Source: an uncultured archaeon
GTDB taxonomy: Archaea; Altiarchaeota; Altiarchaeia; IMC4; SCGC-AAA252-I15
NCBI GenBank assembly: GCA_964587725.1
Contig: CAZPLO010000018.1
Location: 1-26,356, forward strand
Direction: 5' to 3'
Length of the DNA: 26,356 bases
Shown here: positions 1-8,600 of the stretch, in pieces
Numbering within the stretch: position 1 is the stretch's first letter
How the letters are laid out: each line of letters begins with the position of its first letter
Made by a program: the position numbers and the translations under genes
Notes under the pieces: generated by a model
Database searches by the model: none
The model's input: only the letters and a program-made list of their open reading frames with translations
Told to the model about the DNA's origin: nothing

Positions 1-89
1 GTGCGTCCCACCAGGCCCGAATTGTTGAATGTATGTCAGACCAGCTTTATTTATTGTGTTCACATATGTACTCTGTCTGGTGATGGACG

Positions 90-1337
90 GTGGATGACTG
101 GTTTTACAGGTCTTTGGAGGAAACCGACCCGGAAGTGTACGGGGCCGTGAAGAACGAGGAGCGGCGGCAGGAAGGCATCAACTTGATTGCGTCCGAGAGT
201 CTAGCGTCGGCGGCTGTGCGGGAGGCGTGCGCGTCGGTGATGAGCAACAAATACGCTGAAGGCTACCCCCATAAACGATACTACGGCGGCTGCGAGTTCG
301 TTGACGTTGCAGAAGACCTGGCTATCGAACGGGCGAAGAAGCTGTTCAATGCCGACCACGTGAACGTGCAGCCCCACAGCGGCACCCAAGCGAACATGGC
401 CGTGTATCTCGCGGCATTGGAGCCCGGAGACACCATACTGTCGATGAAGTTGACGCACGGCGGCCACCTAAGCCACGGATACAAAATCAACTTCTCAGGC
501 CAAATCTATACTGGGGAGTTCTACACAGTAAACAAGGAAACAGGGACGCTAGAATACGATGAAGTCCTCGCCCGCGCAAAGGAAGTCAACCCCGACTTGA
601 TAGTCTGCGGGTACAGCGCGTACCCCCGGGAGGTTCCGTTCAAGATGTTCCGAGAGATAGCGGATGAAGTCGACGCGGCGTTGATGGCCGACATCGCACA
701 CATAGCCGGCCTAATAGGTGCTGGTGTTCACCCATCGCCTGTGAAGTACGCGGACTACATCACGACAACAACCCATAAGACGCTGATGGGCCCCCGCGGC
801 GCAATGGTCATGTGCAAGCAGGAACACGCGGAGAAACTCGACAAAGCAGTGTTCCCCGGCATACAGGGCGGCCCGTTCATGAACTTGATAGCCGCGAAGG
901 CGGTGTGCTTCAAGGAAAACCTTAAGCCTGAGAGGAGGAAGTTGAACCAGCAGATAGTCGACAACGCCAAAGCGCTGGCTGAAAAACTACTTGAAGAAGA
1001 CTTCAACCTTGTGTCCGGCGGCACTGACAACCACCTGATGCTAGCGGACCTAACCAACAAGGGCATCACTGGGAAGGACGCGGAGGCTGCGCTGCAGGAT
1101 GCCGGCATAACATTGAACAAGAACACCGTCCCCTATGACAAACAAAGCCCGTTCGTAACCTCAGGGATACGCATCGGAACCCCGTCTGTCACCATGCGCG
1201 GGATGAAGGAGGAGGAGATGCGCATCATCGGCGGGTGGATAAGCGAGGTGGTGTCCAACCCGGGTGACAAGAAACTGAAGAAACGCGTTAGTTCGGAGGC
1301 GGAGGACCTCTGTAGCAGATATCAGATATACAAATGA
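90..1337 (+). CDS. glyA: Serine hydroxymethyltransferase (PLP-dependent, bacterial-like)
   Basis: Motifs [38 protein letters not shown]-lysine [29 protein letters not shown] at 79-83 before the GTG; TATA-like TTTATTTA at 46-53. Confidence 0.97.
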   Translation: MDDWFYRSLEETDPEVYGAVKNEERRQEGINLIASESLASAAVREACASVMSNKYAEGYPHKRYYGGCEFVDVAEDLAIERAKKLFNADHVNVQPHSGTQANMAVYLAALEPGDTILSMKLTHGGHLSHGYKINFSGQIYTGEFYTVNKETGTLEYDEVLARAKEVNPDLIVCGYSAYPREVPFKMFREIADEVDAALMADIAHIAGLIGAGVHPSPVKYADYITTTTHKTLMGPRGAMVMCKQEHAEKLDKAVFPGIQGGPFMNLIAAKAVCFKENLKPERRKLNQQIVDNAKALAEKLLEEDFNLVSGGTDNHLMLADLTNKGITGKDAEAALQDAGITLNKNTVPYDKQSPFVTSGIRIGTPSVTMRGMKEEEMRIIGGWISEVVSNPGDKKLKKRVSSEAEDLCSRYQIYK

Positions 1338-2173
1338 CTGTAGTCTTAGACGGCAGGGAGACGGCGGCTAACATACGGGCGTCGGTGAAAAAACACGCAG
1401 CAGAGTTAGATGTGAAGCCAGGCCTCGCCGCCGTACTCGTGGGAGACGACCCTGCGTCGCAGATGTACGTGGGCATGAAGGAGAAGGCCTGCGGGGGGGC
1501 GGGCTTCAACTCCGTAAGGAAGCAATTGTCCGCGGACACGTCAGAAACAGACCTTCTCCAACTCATCGACGAACTCAACCGCGATGAAGGCGTCCACGGC
1601 ATACTGGTTCAGCTGCCGCTACCGGATCAAATAAACAAGGACCGCGTGTTCAAGGCGGTCGACCCGCTGAAGGACGTGGACGGATTCAACCCCCTCAACA
1701 TGGGTGCGCTGATGGCGGGCGACGAATCCATGGTCGCCGCCACCCCAAAAGGCGTCATACGATTGCTGGAGGAGTACAAGGTCCCGCTGGAGGGTAAGGA
1801 AGTGGTTATAGTCAACCACAGTACCGTCGTCGGCAAACCATTGGCGATGCTGTTCCTCAACCGCTGGGCGACCGTCACCGTATGCCACGTGAAAACCAGG
1901 GACCTCGCAGCCCACACCCGCGAAGCCGACATACTTGTTTCAGCTACGGGAGTCCCGCACATCATCAAGGAGGACATGGTAAAGGACGACGCGGTGGTGG
2001 TGGATGTGGGGATATCGAAGAAAGGCGGGGAGACAGTCGGCGACGTAGACTACGAAAACGTCAAAGAGAAGGCGTCATATATCACGCCCGTCCCAGGCGG
2101 CGCAGGCCCCATGACGATTGCGATGCTGCTGGAGAACACCTTGCATGCGGCGGAGAAGCGGAAGCTTTTATAG
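1334..2173 (+). CDS. folD: Bifunctional methylene-THF dehydrogenase/methenyl-THF cyclohydrolase
   Basis: [63 protein letters not shown] overlap with glyA. Confidence 0.97.
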   Translation: MTVVLDGRETAANIRASVKKHAAELDVKPGLAAVLVGDDPASQMYVGMKEKACGGAGFNSVRKQLSADTSETDLLQLIDELNRDEGVHGILVQLPLPDQINKDRVFKAVDPLKDVDGFNPLNMGALMAGDESMVAATPKGVIRLLEEYKVPLEGKEVVIVNHSTVVGKPLAMLFLNRWATVTVCHVKTRDLAAHTREADILVSATGVPHIIKEDMVKDDAVVVDVGISKKGGETVGDVDYENVKEKASYITPVPGGAGPMTIAMLLENTLHAAEKRKLL

Positions 2174-2207
2174 TTTCGGGTTCTTAGTCTTTTACTGGTG
2201 CTTGAAT

Positions 2208-3752
2208 TTGAGTGGGTCCTATGCGGTTGTGAGTGTCTACGACAAAGCAGGCGTTGCAGATTTCACAGCCCGCCTGCACGCAGCCGGCGTTAACATTCTT
2301 TCTTCGGGAGGAACCGCCAAGGAGCTTTCCAAGGCGGGCGTGGACGTCACATTGGTTTCCGACTACACTGGGTTTCCGGAGATGCTGGACGGCCGCGTCA
2401 AAACACTGCACCCGAAGATACACGCGGGCATACTGGCGGACCGCCGTAAAAAAGACCACATGAAACAGCTGAAGAATCAGAATGCACATCCAATCGACTA
2501 CGTGGTTGTTAACCTGTATCCGTTCGAGGAGACCATTCGCCGCGAAGGCGCAACGTTAGACGACGCCGTGGAAAACATAGACGTCGGAGGCCCCACCCTC
2601 GTCCGGGCTGCGGCGAAAAACTTCGGCGCAGTCACCGTCGTAACCGATCCAGGAGACTACAATATCGTGTTGGGGGAGCTGGAGACCAGGGGCAGGGTGT
2701 CGGAGGAGACGAGGAAGAAGCTGGCGTTGAAGGCGTTCGCCCACTGCGCCAAATACGACTCCGTCATCTCACGTTATTTGAGCCAGCAGTTCCAGCCAGA
2801 CACGTTCCCCGAGTATTTGAGCATAAACCTGGACAAAGCATACGACCTCCGCTACGGCGAGAACCCGCACCAGCTGGCTGCCTACTACTATGACAAGGCC
2901 AGCGACTCCTGCGTCGAGCAGACGAAGGTGGTCTCCGGCGGGAAGCAGCTGTCGTTCAACAACCTCATAGACGTTAACTCCGCGTTGGAGCTGGTGAAGG
3001 AGTTCGACGAGCCCGCGGCGGTGATTGTTAAGCACCTGAACCCGTCGGGCGTCGCGGTGGGTGAAACAATAAGCGAAGCCTATTCGAGGGCGCATAGTGC
3101 GGACCCGATGAGCGCGTTCGGGTGCGTGGTGGCGTTGAACCGGCCGCCCGACGTAGAGGCGGCGGAGGACATAACCTCCACGTTCGTCGAAGTCGTGGCG
3201 GCGCCGCGGATAACCCCTGCGGCGTTGAAGGTGCTGTCGAAGAAGGAGAAGATGCGCGTGCTGGAGGTAGGCGAAGTAACGAAGGCCAACCGTAACTCGT
3301 TGGACTGCCGCCGCGTAGTGGGGGGGATGCTGATTCAGACCACCGACCTCTACGAACTCCATGAGAAGGATTTGAAGGTGGTGAGCGACCGCAAACCAAA
3401 TGAAGACGAAATTAAGGCGATGTTGTTCGCGTGGAAGGTGTGCAAACACACGAAATCCAACAGCATCATACTCGCCAACCCGGACCGCACCGTCGGCGTC
3501 GGCGCCGGGCAGATGAGCCGCGTCGACGCGGTGAAGATCGCGGCGATGAAGGCCGGCGACCTAGCGAAGGGTTCTGTGATGGCGTCGGACGCGTTCTTCC
3601 CCTTCCGCGACGGCATAGACGAAGCCGCTAAAGCAGGTGTAACGGCTGTGGTGCAGCCAGGAGGCAGCATCCGAGACCAGGAGGTGTTGGATGCGGTGAA
3701 CGAGCACGGGATGGCGATGGTGTACACGGGCGTCCGCTGCTTCCTCCACTGA
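2208..3752 (+). CDS. purH: Bifunctional AICAR transformylase/IMP cyclohydrolase
   Basis: SVYDK, GGTA, GRVKTLHP, NLYPF, IDVGGPTLVRAAAKN, LRYGENPHQ, KHLNPSG, GAGQMSRVD, SDAFFPFRD, QPGGSIRD. Start moved to TTG 2208 (GGTG at 2197-2200); the ORF-track start at 2118 overlaps folD. Confidence 0.96.
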   Translation: MSGSYAVVSVYDKAGVADFTARLHAAGVNILSSGGTAKELSKAGVDVTLVSDYTGFPEMLDGRVKTLHPKIHAGILADRRKKDHMKQLKNQNAHPIDYVVVNLYPFEETIRREGATLDDAVENIDVGGPTLVRAAAKNFGAVTVVTDPGDYNIVLGELETRGRVSEETRKKLALKAFAHCAKYDSVISRYLSQQFQPDTFPEYLSINLDKAYDLRYGENPHQLAAYYYDKASDSCVEQTKVVSGGKQLSFNNLIDVNSALELVKEFDEPAAVIVKHLNPSGVAVGETISEAYSRAHSADPMSAFGCVVALNRPPDVEAAEDITSTFVEVVAAPRITPAALKVLSKKEKMRVLEVGEVTKANRNSLDCRRVVGGMLIQTTDLYELHEKDLKVVSDRKPNEDEIKAMLFAWKVCKHTKSNSIILANPDRTVGVGAGQMSRVDAVKIAAMKAGDLAKGSVMASDAFFPFRDGIDEAAKAGVTAVVQPGGSIRDQEVLDAVNEHGMAMVYTGVRCFLH

Positions 3753-3785
3753 TTAAAAACCCTGGAATCCAATACTTACTCCACA

Positions 3786-3890
3786 GGGGGCCCTCAGAAA
3801 GCGATGGGATGCGGGTTGCGCCCGCGGGTCACTTGTGGTTGGTGATGTAATAAAAACATAGGAAGGCGTCTGCTGCCGTGGGGGCCCCCA
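3786..3890 (+). ncRNA. Candidate structured RNA or cis-regulatory element of unknown class
   Basis: 11-bp closing stem 3786-3796/3879-3889 (one G-U) encloses hairpins 3811-3825, 3829-3845, 3846-3858 and 3865-3877. TATA-like TTAAAAA at 3753-3759 lies ~27 nt upstream. It matches no RNA family I recognise. Confidence 0.45.
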
Positions 3891-3897
3891 AACAACA

Positions 3898-3905
3898 TTT
3901 ATATA
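3898..3905 (+). promoter_or_regulatory. Archaeal TATA box for a leaderless fhs transcript
   Basis: TTTATATA with 25 nt between it and the fhs ATG (3931); no SD motif before the ATG. Confidence 0.7.
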
Positions 3906-3930
3906 CGGAATCTTTTTTTGTTATCCACAC

Positions 3931-5589
3931 ATGAAATCCGACATACAACTGGCTCACGAAGTCGAGTTAAAGCCTGTAGAAGCGGTTGCCGCGCAAATAG
4001 GGTTGTCGCCGGATGACATTCTGCCATACGGCCGGTACAAGGCCAAGGTGCCTGTCCATCTGATGAAGAAACTCTCGAATAAGAAGGAGGGGAAGCTCAT
4101 TCTCGTAACCTCCATGACTCCGACTCCTGCGGGGGAGGGGAAGACCACCACCACCGTGGGTTTGACGCAGGCCCTCCGACGCAAGGGATTGAACGCTGTA
4201 TTGTGCATACGGGAGCCGTCGCTGGGGCCGGTGATGGGCATCAAGGGCGGCGCCGCAGGAGGAGGCCTCAGCCAAGTTCTTCCAATGGAAGACATCAACC
4301 TCTACTTCACAGGCGACATCCCATCTGTGTCCGCGGCCAACAACCTGCTGTCGGCGGTCATAGACAACCACATCTACCAGGGGAACGAATTGAAGATAGA
4401 CCCCACAAAAATCATATGGCACCGGGTCACGGACATGAACGACCGCAGCCTACGCCGCATATTCATCGGCCTGGGAGAATCATCCGGCATCGCCCGTGAG
4501 GACAGCTACGACATAACCGCCGCCAGCGAGGTCATGGCGGTCCTCTGCCTGGCGGACAGCTACGCCGACCTTAAAGAGCGGCTGGGGAGGATGGTTGTCG
4601 GCTACACGTTCTTCGGAGACCCGGTGACGGTGAAGCAGTTGGGTGTGGAGGGCGCGATGGCTGCGTTGCTGAGGGATGCGTTCAACCCCAACCTGGTTCA
4701 GACTATGGAGGGCGGGCCCGCGTTCATACACGGAGGCCCGTTCGCCAACATAGCCCACGGATGCAACAGCGTCGTCGCCACCAAACTGGCGTTGAAGTTG
4801 GCTGACTACGTTGTTACGGAGGCTGGGTTCGGAGCCGACCTGGGCGCTGAAAAGTTTTTCGACATCAAGTGCAGGCAGGCGGGTCTCAAACCCGCGGCCG
4901 TCGTGCTGGTGGCCACCATACGTGCGTTGAAGCACCACGGCGGCTCCGCGGACTACGACACCGAAGACCGGGGGGCGTTGGAGCGGGGGTTCCCGAACCT
5001 GGAGAAGCAGATGGAGAACGTTGGGAAGTTCGGCCTGCCGTTGGTGGTGGCGTTGAACCGGTTCGAATCCGACCCAGATTCTGAAGTGGATTATGTGCTG
5101 AAGCGCTGCCGTGAACTGGGTGTCGAAGCCGCCGTCTCCGAAGTACACGGCCGCGGAGGTGGCGGCGGGCTGGAGCTGGCTGAAAAGGTTGTGGCCGCCG
5201 CAGACGAAGGCGGGGACTTCAAGTTCATATACGACCCCTCCGCTTCCATTAAGTCGAAGATAGAGGCGGTCGCATCCGAAGTATACGGCGCCGACGGCGT
5301 CTCCTACACGGAGACCGCGTCGCATTATATACGGCTGCTGGAGGAGCAGGGGTTCAGCGACCTGCCCATCTGCATAAGCAAGACGCAGAAGAGCCTAAGC
5401 GACGACCCCGCGCTGCTCGGCCGGCCGGAAGGCTTCACGGTTACGGTGAACAAGGTTAAGGTGTCCGCAGGCGCAGGCTTCCTGGTTGTTATGACCGGCA
5501 AGGTGTTGACGATGCCTGGGCTGCCGAAGAAGCCGGCGGCGGAAAAAATCGACCTCGACGACGCCGGCATAATATCGGGGCTGTTCTGA
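3931..5589 (+). CDS. fhs: Formate--tetrahydrofolate ligase
   Basis: TPTPAGEGKTTT, REPSLGP, KGGAAGGG, ITAASEVMA, HGGPFANIAHGCNS, TEAGFGADLGAEKF, KTQKSLSDD, MPGLPK. Confidence 0.97.
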   Translation: MKSDIQLAHEVELKPVEAVAAQIGLSPDDILPYGRYKAKVPVHLMKKLSNKKEGKLILVTSMTPTPAGEGKTTTTVGLTQALRRKGLNAVLCIREPSLGPVMGIKGGAAGGGLSQVLPMEDINLYFTGDIPSVSAANNLLSAVIDNHIYQGNELKIDPTKIIWHRVTDMNDRSLRRIFIGLGESSGIAREDSYDITAASEVMAVLCLADSYADLKERLGRMVVGYTFFGDPVTVKQLGVEGAMAALLRDAFNPNLVQTMEGGPAFIHGGPFANIAHGCNSVVATKLALKLADYVVTEAGFGADLGAEKFFDIKCRQAGLKPAAVVLVATIRALKHHGGSADYDTEDRGALERGFPNLEKQMENVGKFGLPLVVALNRFESDPDSEVDYVLKRCRELGVEAAVSEVHGRGGGGGLELAEKVVAAADEGGDFKFIYDPSASIKSKIEAVASEVYGADGVSYTETASHYIRLLEEQGFSDLPICISKTQKSLSDDPALLGRPEGFTVTVNKVKVSAGAGFLVVMTGKVLTMPGLPKKPAAEKIDLDDAGIISGLF

Positions 5590-6839
5590 TGGACTATCAG
5601 TCAGCCATCTCCTACCTCCGCGATTTTGAGAAGTTGGGCTACAAGTTTAGGATAGAGAACACCCGCGACCTGCTGGATGCTGTTGGATTCGATTTCGACG
5701 GCACGGTCGTGCACGTCGGCGGCACCAACGGGAAGGGTTCATGCGCGAGCGCGTTGAACAGCATACTCCAGGATTCAGGCCAAACCGTCGGTTTGTACAC
5801 GTCTCCGGAGCTGATAGACTTCACCGAAAGAATCAGGGTGAACAATCGCCGGATAGACGGCCACAGGTTTGCGGAGTTGACGGAGGAGATGAAGCCTCAT
5901 ATAGAGTCGATGGACGGCAAGCCCACGTTCTTCGAGGCCACCACCGCGTTGGCGTTGAAGCATTTCATGGACGAGGGTGTGGACGCGATGGTGTTGGAGG
6001 TGGGGATGGGCGGCCGCTTGGACTCCACCAATGCGGTGTCGGCGAAGGTTAATGTGATAACGAATGTGGAGCTCGACCACACCCAGTACCTGGGTTCTAC
6101 CGTTGAAAAAATCGCCCGCGAGAAAGCGGGTATAGTATCTGAAGACTCCACGCTGGTGACTGCCGCACAGGGAAGCGCGTTCAACGTCTTGGAAGGTGAG
6201 TGCACGGCGAAGAACGCGTCCATCGTCCGGGTGGGGGTCGACACCCACCTGTCTAACATCGAATCCGGTTTGAGGGGGACCTCGTTTAAACTGGACACAC
6301 GCAACCTCTCCTACGACCTGGAGTCTCCGCTGCTGGGGGGGTTTCAGGCGTGGAATCTCGCGTGCGCCGCCGTCGCCGCGGAGGAGCTCGGCGTATGCGA
6401 ACAACACATAAAATCCGGCGTATCCAAGGCCGTGTGGCCGGGCCGCATGGAGGTTGTGCAAAAGGAGCCTTTGGTTATACTGGATTCAGCCCACAACCCA
6501 GCGGGCGTCCGCGAGAGCCGCAGGTTCACCACCGAAAACGTACCCCGAGAACGTCTGCTGACAGTCGCCGGGTTCTCGAAGGACAAGGACTACGACGCCA
6601 TGATAACGCTGCTGTCGGACAGCGACGTCTTCATAGCCACGGAATACAAGGGCAAACGCTCCCTTCCGGTGGGGGAGATACTGGAGCACGTCGACGGGGA
6701 AGCAGTCAAGGATGTGGGCGAAGCGGTTGAACGCGCCCTTTCCGAAGCAGGTTCCGAAGACCTTGTCTTGGTCACGGGCAGCATATTCGTGGTGGGCGAA
6801 GCCATCAGGCGGTGGCGCGACAGAATAGATATGGCTTAA
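5589..6839 (+). CDS. folC: Folylpolyglutamate synthase/dihydrofolate synthase (Mur-ligase fold)
   Basis: HVGGTNGKGS, YTSP, EVGMGGRLDSTN, DHTQYLG, IAREKAGI, WPGRME, DSAHNP, TGSIFVVGE. TGATG overlap with fhs. Confidence 0.94.
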   Translation: MDYQSAISYLRDFEKLGYKFRIENTRDLLDAVGFDFDGTVVHVGGTNGKGSCASALNSILQDSGQTVGLYTSPELIDFTERIRVNNRRIDGHRFAELTEEMKPHIESMDGKPTFFEATTALALKHFMDEGVDAMVLEVGMGGRLDSTNAVSAKVNVITNVELDHTQYLGSTVEKIAREKAGIVSEDSTLVTAAQGSAFNVLEGECTAKNASIVRVGVDTHLSNIESGLRGTSFKLDTRNLSYDLESPLLGGFQAWNLACAAVAAEELGVCEQHIKSGVSKAVWPGRMEVVQKEPLVILDSAHNPAGVRESRRFTTENVPRERLLTVAGFSKDKDYDAMITLLSDSDVFIATEYKGKRSLPVGEILEHVDGEAVKDVGEAVERALSEAGSEDLVLVTGSIFVVGEAIRRWRDRIDMA

Positions 6840-7297
6840 CTGCACCTGCACCTGGGTCCTGAGCCGTCCATGCCGCCTGCGACGTACTGGCAGGTCTCCC
6901 ACGGGCTGATGCAGCACCCCGCCCTGCAGTTGTCGGGGCTCGGATAACGTATTTCGCTGCACAGGTTCAGGCACGGCACCGTGGTGGATGTTGTTGACGC
7001 GGTGGTTGAGGTTGTTGTAGATGAAGTAGTGGTCGTCAATGTGGTTGAAGTCGTAGTGTCAGTTGATGTGGTTGTGGGGGTCGTCGTAGCCGTCGTGGAG
7101 GTAGTGGTCGTGGCTGTGGTTGTCGTGGTTGTTTCATCCCACCATGCGCCCCCCTCCGGTTTGCTGGCCGCCGTGGACGGCGGGGTTGTGGTGGTCGGCT
7201 CGAAATCAGACTCCACCTCCACTATCTCCACGTCCTCTTCACTTCCCAGGCAGCCCAGAACCAGCAGAACGGCCGCCACCACAGCCAATCCATTCAC
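6836..7297 (-). CDS. Predicted lipoprotein/surface protein with Thr-rich linker and C-terminal 8-Cys domain
   Basis: Hydrophobic N-terminus ending VLGC, acidic patch, long poly-Thr/Ser tract, then ~48 aa with 8 Cys. It fills the folC-purN gap and has a TATA-like motif ~24 nt upstream. Confidence 0.75.
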   Translation of the reverse strand: MNGLAVVAAVLLVLGCLGSEEDVEIVEVESDFEPTTTTPPSTAASKPEGGAWWDETTTTTTATTTTSTTATTTPTTTSTDTTTSTTLTTTTSSTTTSTTASTTSTTVPCLNLCSEIRYPSPDNCRAGCCISPWETCQYVAGGMDGSGPRCRCS

Positions 7298-7333
7298 ACA
7301 TACACATTAAATACCGTCCGTTTAATATTCTCC
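7298..7333. promoter_or_regulatory. Overlapping divergent TATA-like promoters (lipoprotein / purN)
   Basis: ATTAAA 7306-7311 and its inverted copy TTTAAT 7321-7326, each ~22-23 nt from a start codon on its own strand. Confidence 0.55.
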
Positions 7334-7975
7334 ATGGCGCGCATTGCGGTGCTCGTCTCCGGGAGAGGCAGCAACCTCCAGAGCATCATCGACAACGTTG
7401 AAGCCGGAGGAATACCAAACAGCGACATAGTGTTGGTGATATCGGACAGGAAGGACGCGTACGCGCTGGAGCGGGCGAGGAAACACAACATCGAACACAT
7501 GTTCATAGACCCCGGCGCATATGAGTCGAGGGAGGAGTTCGACCAGCGTGTGGTGGAGGAGGTGCAGAGCAGGAACACGGACCTGGTGTTGCTTGCAGGT
7601 TACATGCGCCTGGTAACCCCGGTTCTCGTGGACGCGTTCAGGAACAGGATGATGAACATCCACCCTGCCTTGTTGCCGAGTTTCCCCGGCCTCCACGCCC
7701 AGCAGCAGGCGCTGGATCATGGCGTAAAAGTGTCTGGGTGCACCGTGCATTTCGTGGACGAGGAAGTAGACCACGGTCCCATCATAGTCCAGGCTGCGGT
7801 GCCGGTTCTGGAAGGCGACGACGAAGCAGCCCTGGCTAAACGCATCATCCAGCAGGAACACCTCATCTACCCGCAGGCGGTGAAGTGGTTCGTGGAAGGC
7901 AGGTTAACAGTCGAAGGTCGCAGGTTGAAGATTAAAGGAGTCGAGCGAGCAGCGAGAGGCCTGCGGGTATTGTGA
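7334..7975 (+). CDS. purN: Phosphoribosylglycinamide formyltransferase (10-formyl-THF dependent)
   Basis: IAVLVSGRGSNLQ, LAGYMR, NIHPALLPSFPG, GCTVHFVDEEVDHGPII.QAAV, EH.IYP. Confidence 0.97.
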   Translation: MARIAVLVSGRGSNLQSIIDNVEAGGIPNSDIVLVISDRKDAYALERARKHNIEHMFIDPGAYESREEFDQRVVEEVQSRNTDLVLLAGYMRLVTPVLVDAFRNRMMNIHPALLPSFPGLHAQQQALDHGVKVSGCTVHFVDEEVDHGPIIVQAAVPVLEGDDEAALAKRIIQQEHLIYPQAVKWFVEGRLTVEGRRLKIKGVERAARGLRVL

Positions 7976-8495
7976 CGTTGTCGTCCCAGAAACTGAACAG
8001 TTCAATGACCGAAGCAACCGCAGCCATTATGAGCGCGTGTGTGGGGTCGACCACCACCGAAGCAGCCAACCAGGCACCTAAGAAGAACGCCAGCGTCCCC
8101 TCCAGGCTCTTGTCCAGTATCCTTATTCTCCCGTACGTCCTCCCCACGAGGTTGCTGACGCTGTCTCCGACGCTCAAGATGAGTATCACAGCCACCGCGT
8201 ATTTCGTCTCCAAAAGCGTAATCGGGAATATGATGCCGAGGCCGTAGAATATCGCCCCCTTGAACGGGAATCTTTCAATGTCTTTCTTGCGTTCGAAGTG
8301 GTACATGAGGTGGTTGGCTATCCTCAGGTCCGGCTTGATCTTCGGAACCGCATGCAATAACCCGATGGCCGTTACCACCGGCGCCAGAATCCACAGCCCG
8401 TAAATGGGCTTCAGAACGTACACTGCAGTCGCAATCAAGCACCCGTTCAGGAGGTGCACCGTCTGCCGTTTGAACTCCAGTCGTTCCTCGCTCAA
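7932..8495 (-). CDS. CTP-dependent polyprenol kinase-like (dolichol/phytol kinase family) membrane protein
   Basis: RQTVHL, GDSVSNLVG.TYG, KSLEGT and DDNVTIP motifs; multiple TM helices. TTG 8495 after GGTGG is preferred; ATG 8513 is the alternative. Confidence 0.8.
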   Translation of the reverse strand: MSEERLEFKRQTVHLLNGCLIATAVYVLKPIYGLWILAPVVTAIGLLHAVPKIKPDLRIANHLMYHFERKKDIERFPFKGAIFYGLGIIFPITLLETKYAVAVILILSVGDSVSNLVGRTYGRIRILDKSLEGTLAFFLGAWLAASVVVDPTHALIMAAVASVIELFSFWDDNVTIPAGLSLLARLL

Positions 8496-8600
8496 AACAC
8501 ACCACCAGACCATATATAGGTGTATTTGCTATAATAATAGGTTTTATTCCCGTGGACACATTTTTAACGGGCGAGTGGCTGATTTTAAGGTGAGCATCGG

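Noticed and set aside
1-89. Possible riboswitch or operator upstream of glyA (ACCAG/CTGGT, ACATATGT palindrome at 62-69)
   Set aside because: The pairings are short and the TATA-like box at 46-53 implies only a short leader; consistent with chance.
2118-2207. ORF-track N-terminal extension of purH (likewise 9707-9838, 18508-18591, 22379-22681)
   Set aside because: The extensions overlap upstream genes and lack family similarity; better starts with SD motifs or stop-start overlaps lie downstream.
3786-3890. Assignment to ZTP or THF riboswitch, 4.5S/SRP RNA, tRNA, 5S rRNA or C/D sRNA
   Set aside because: The ZTP core sequences are absent and only a short AUGGGAUG resembles the THF aptamer. 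The termini resemble 4.5S RNA but there is no helix-8 CAGG/GNRA/AGCA motif. There is no T-loop or cloverleaf and no correctly placed C and D boxes. Left unclassified.
6980-7140. Repetitive GTN-rich DNA as a tandem repeat or CRISPR array
   Set aside because: Degenerate Thr codons with no fixed repeat-spacer periodicity.
6981-7310. 109-aa Val-rich ORF on the + strand
   Set aside because: Antisense shadow of the poly-Thr tract (ACN codons read as Val on the opposite strand).
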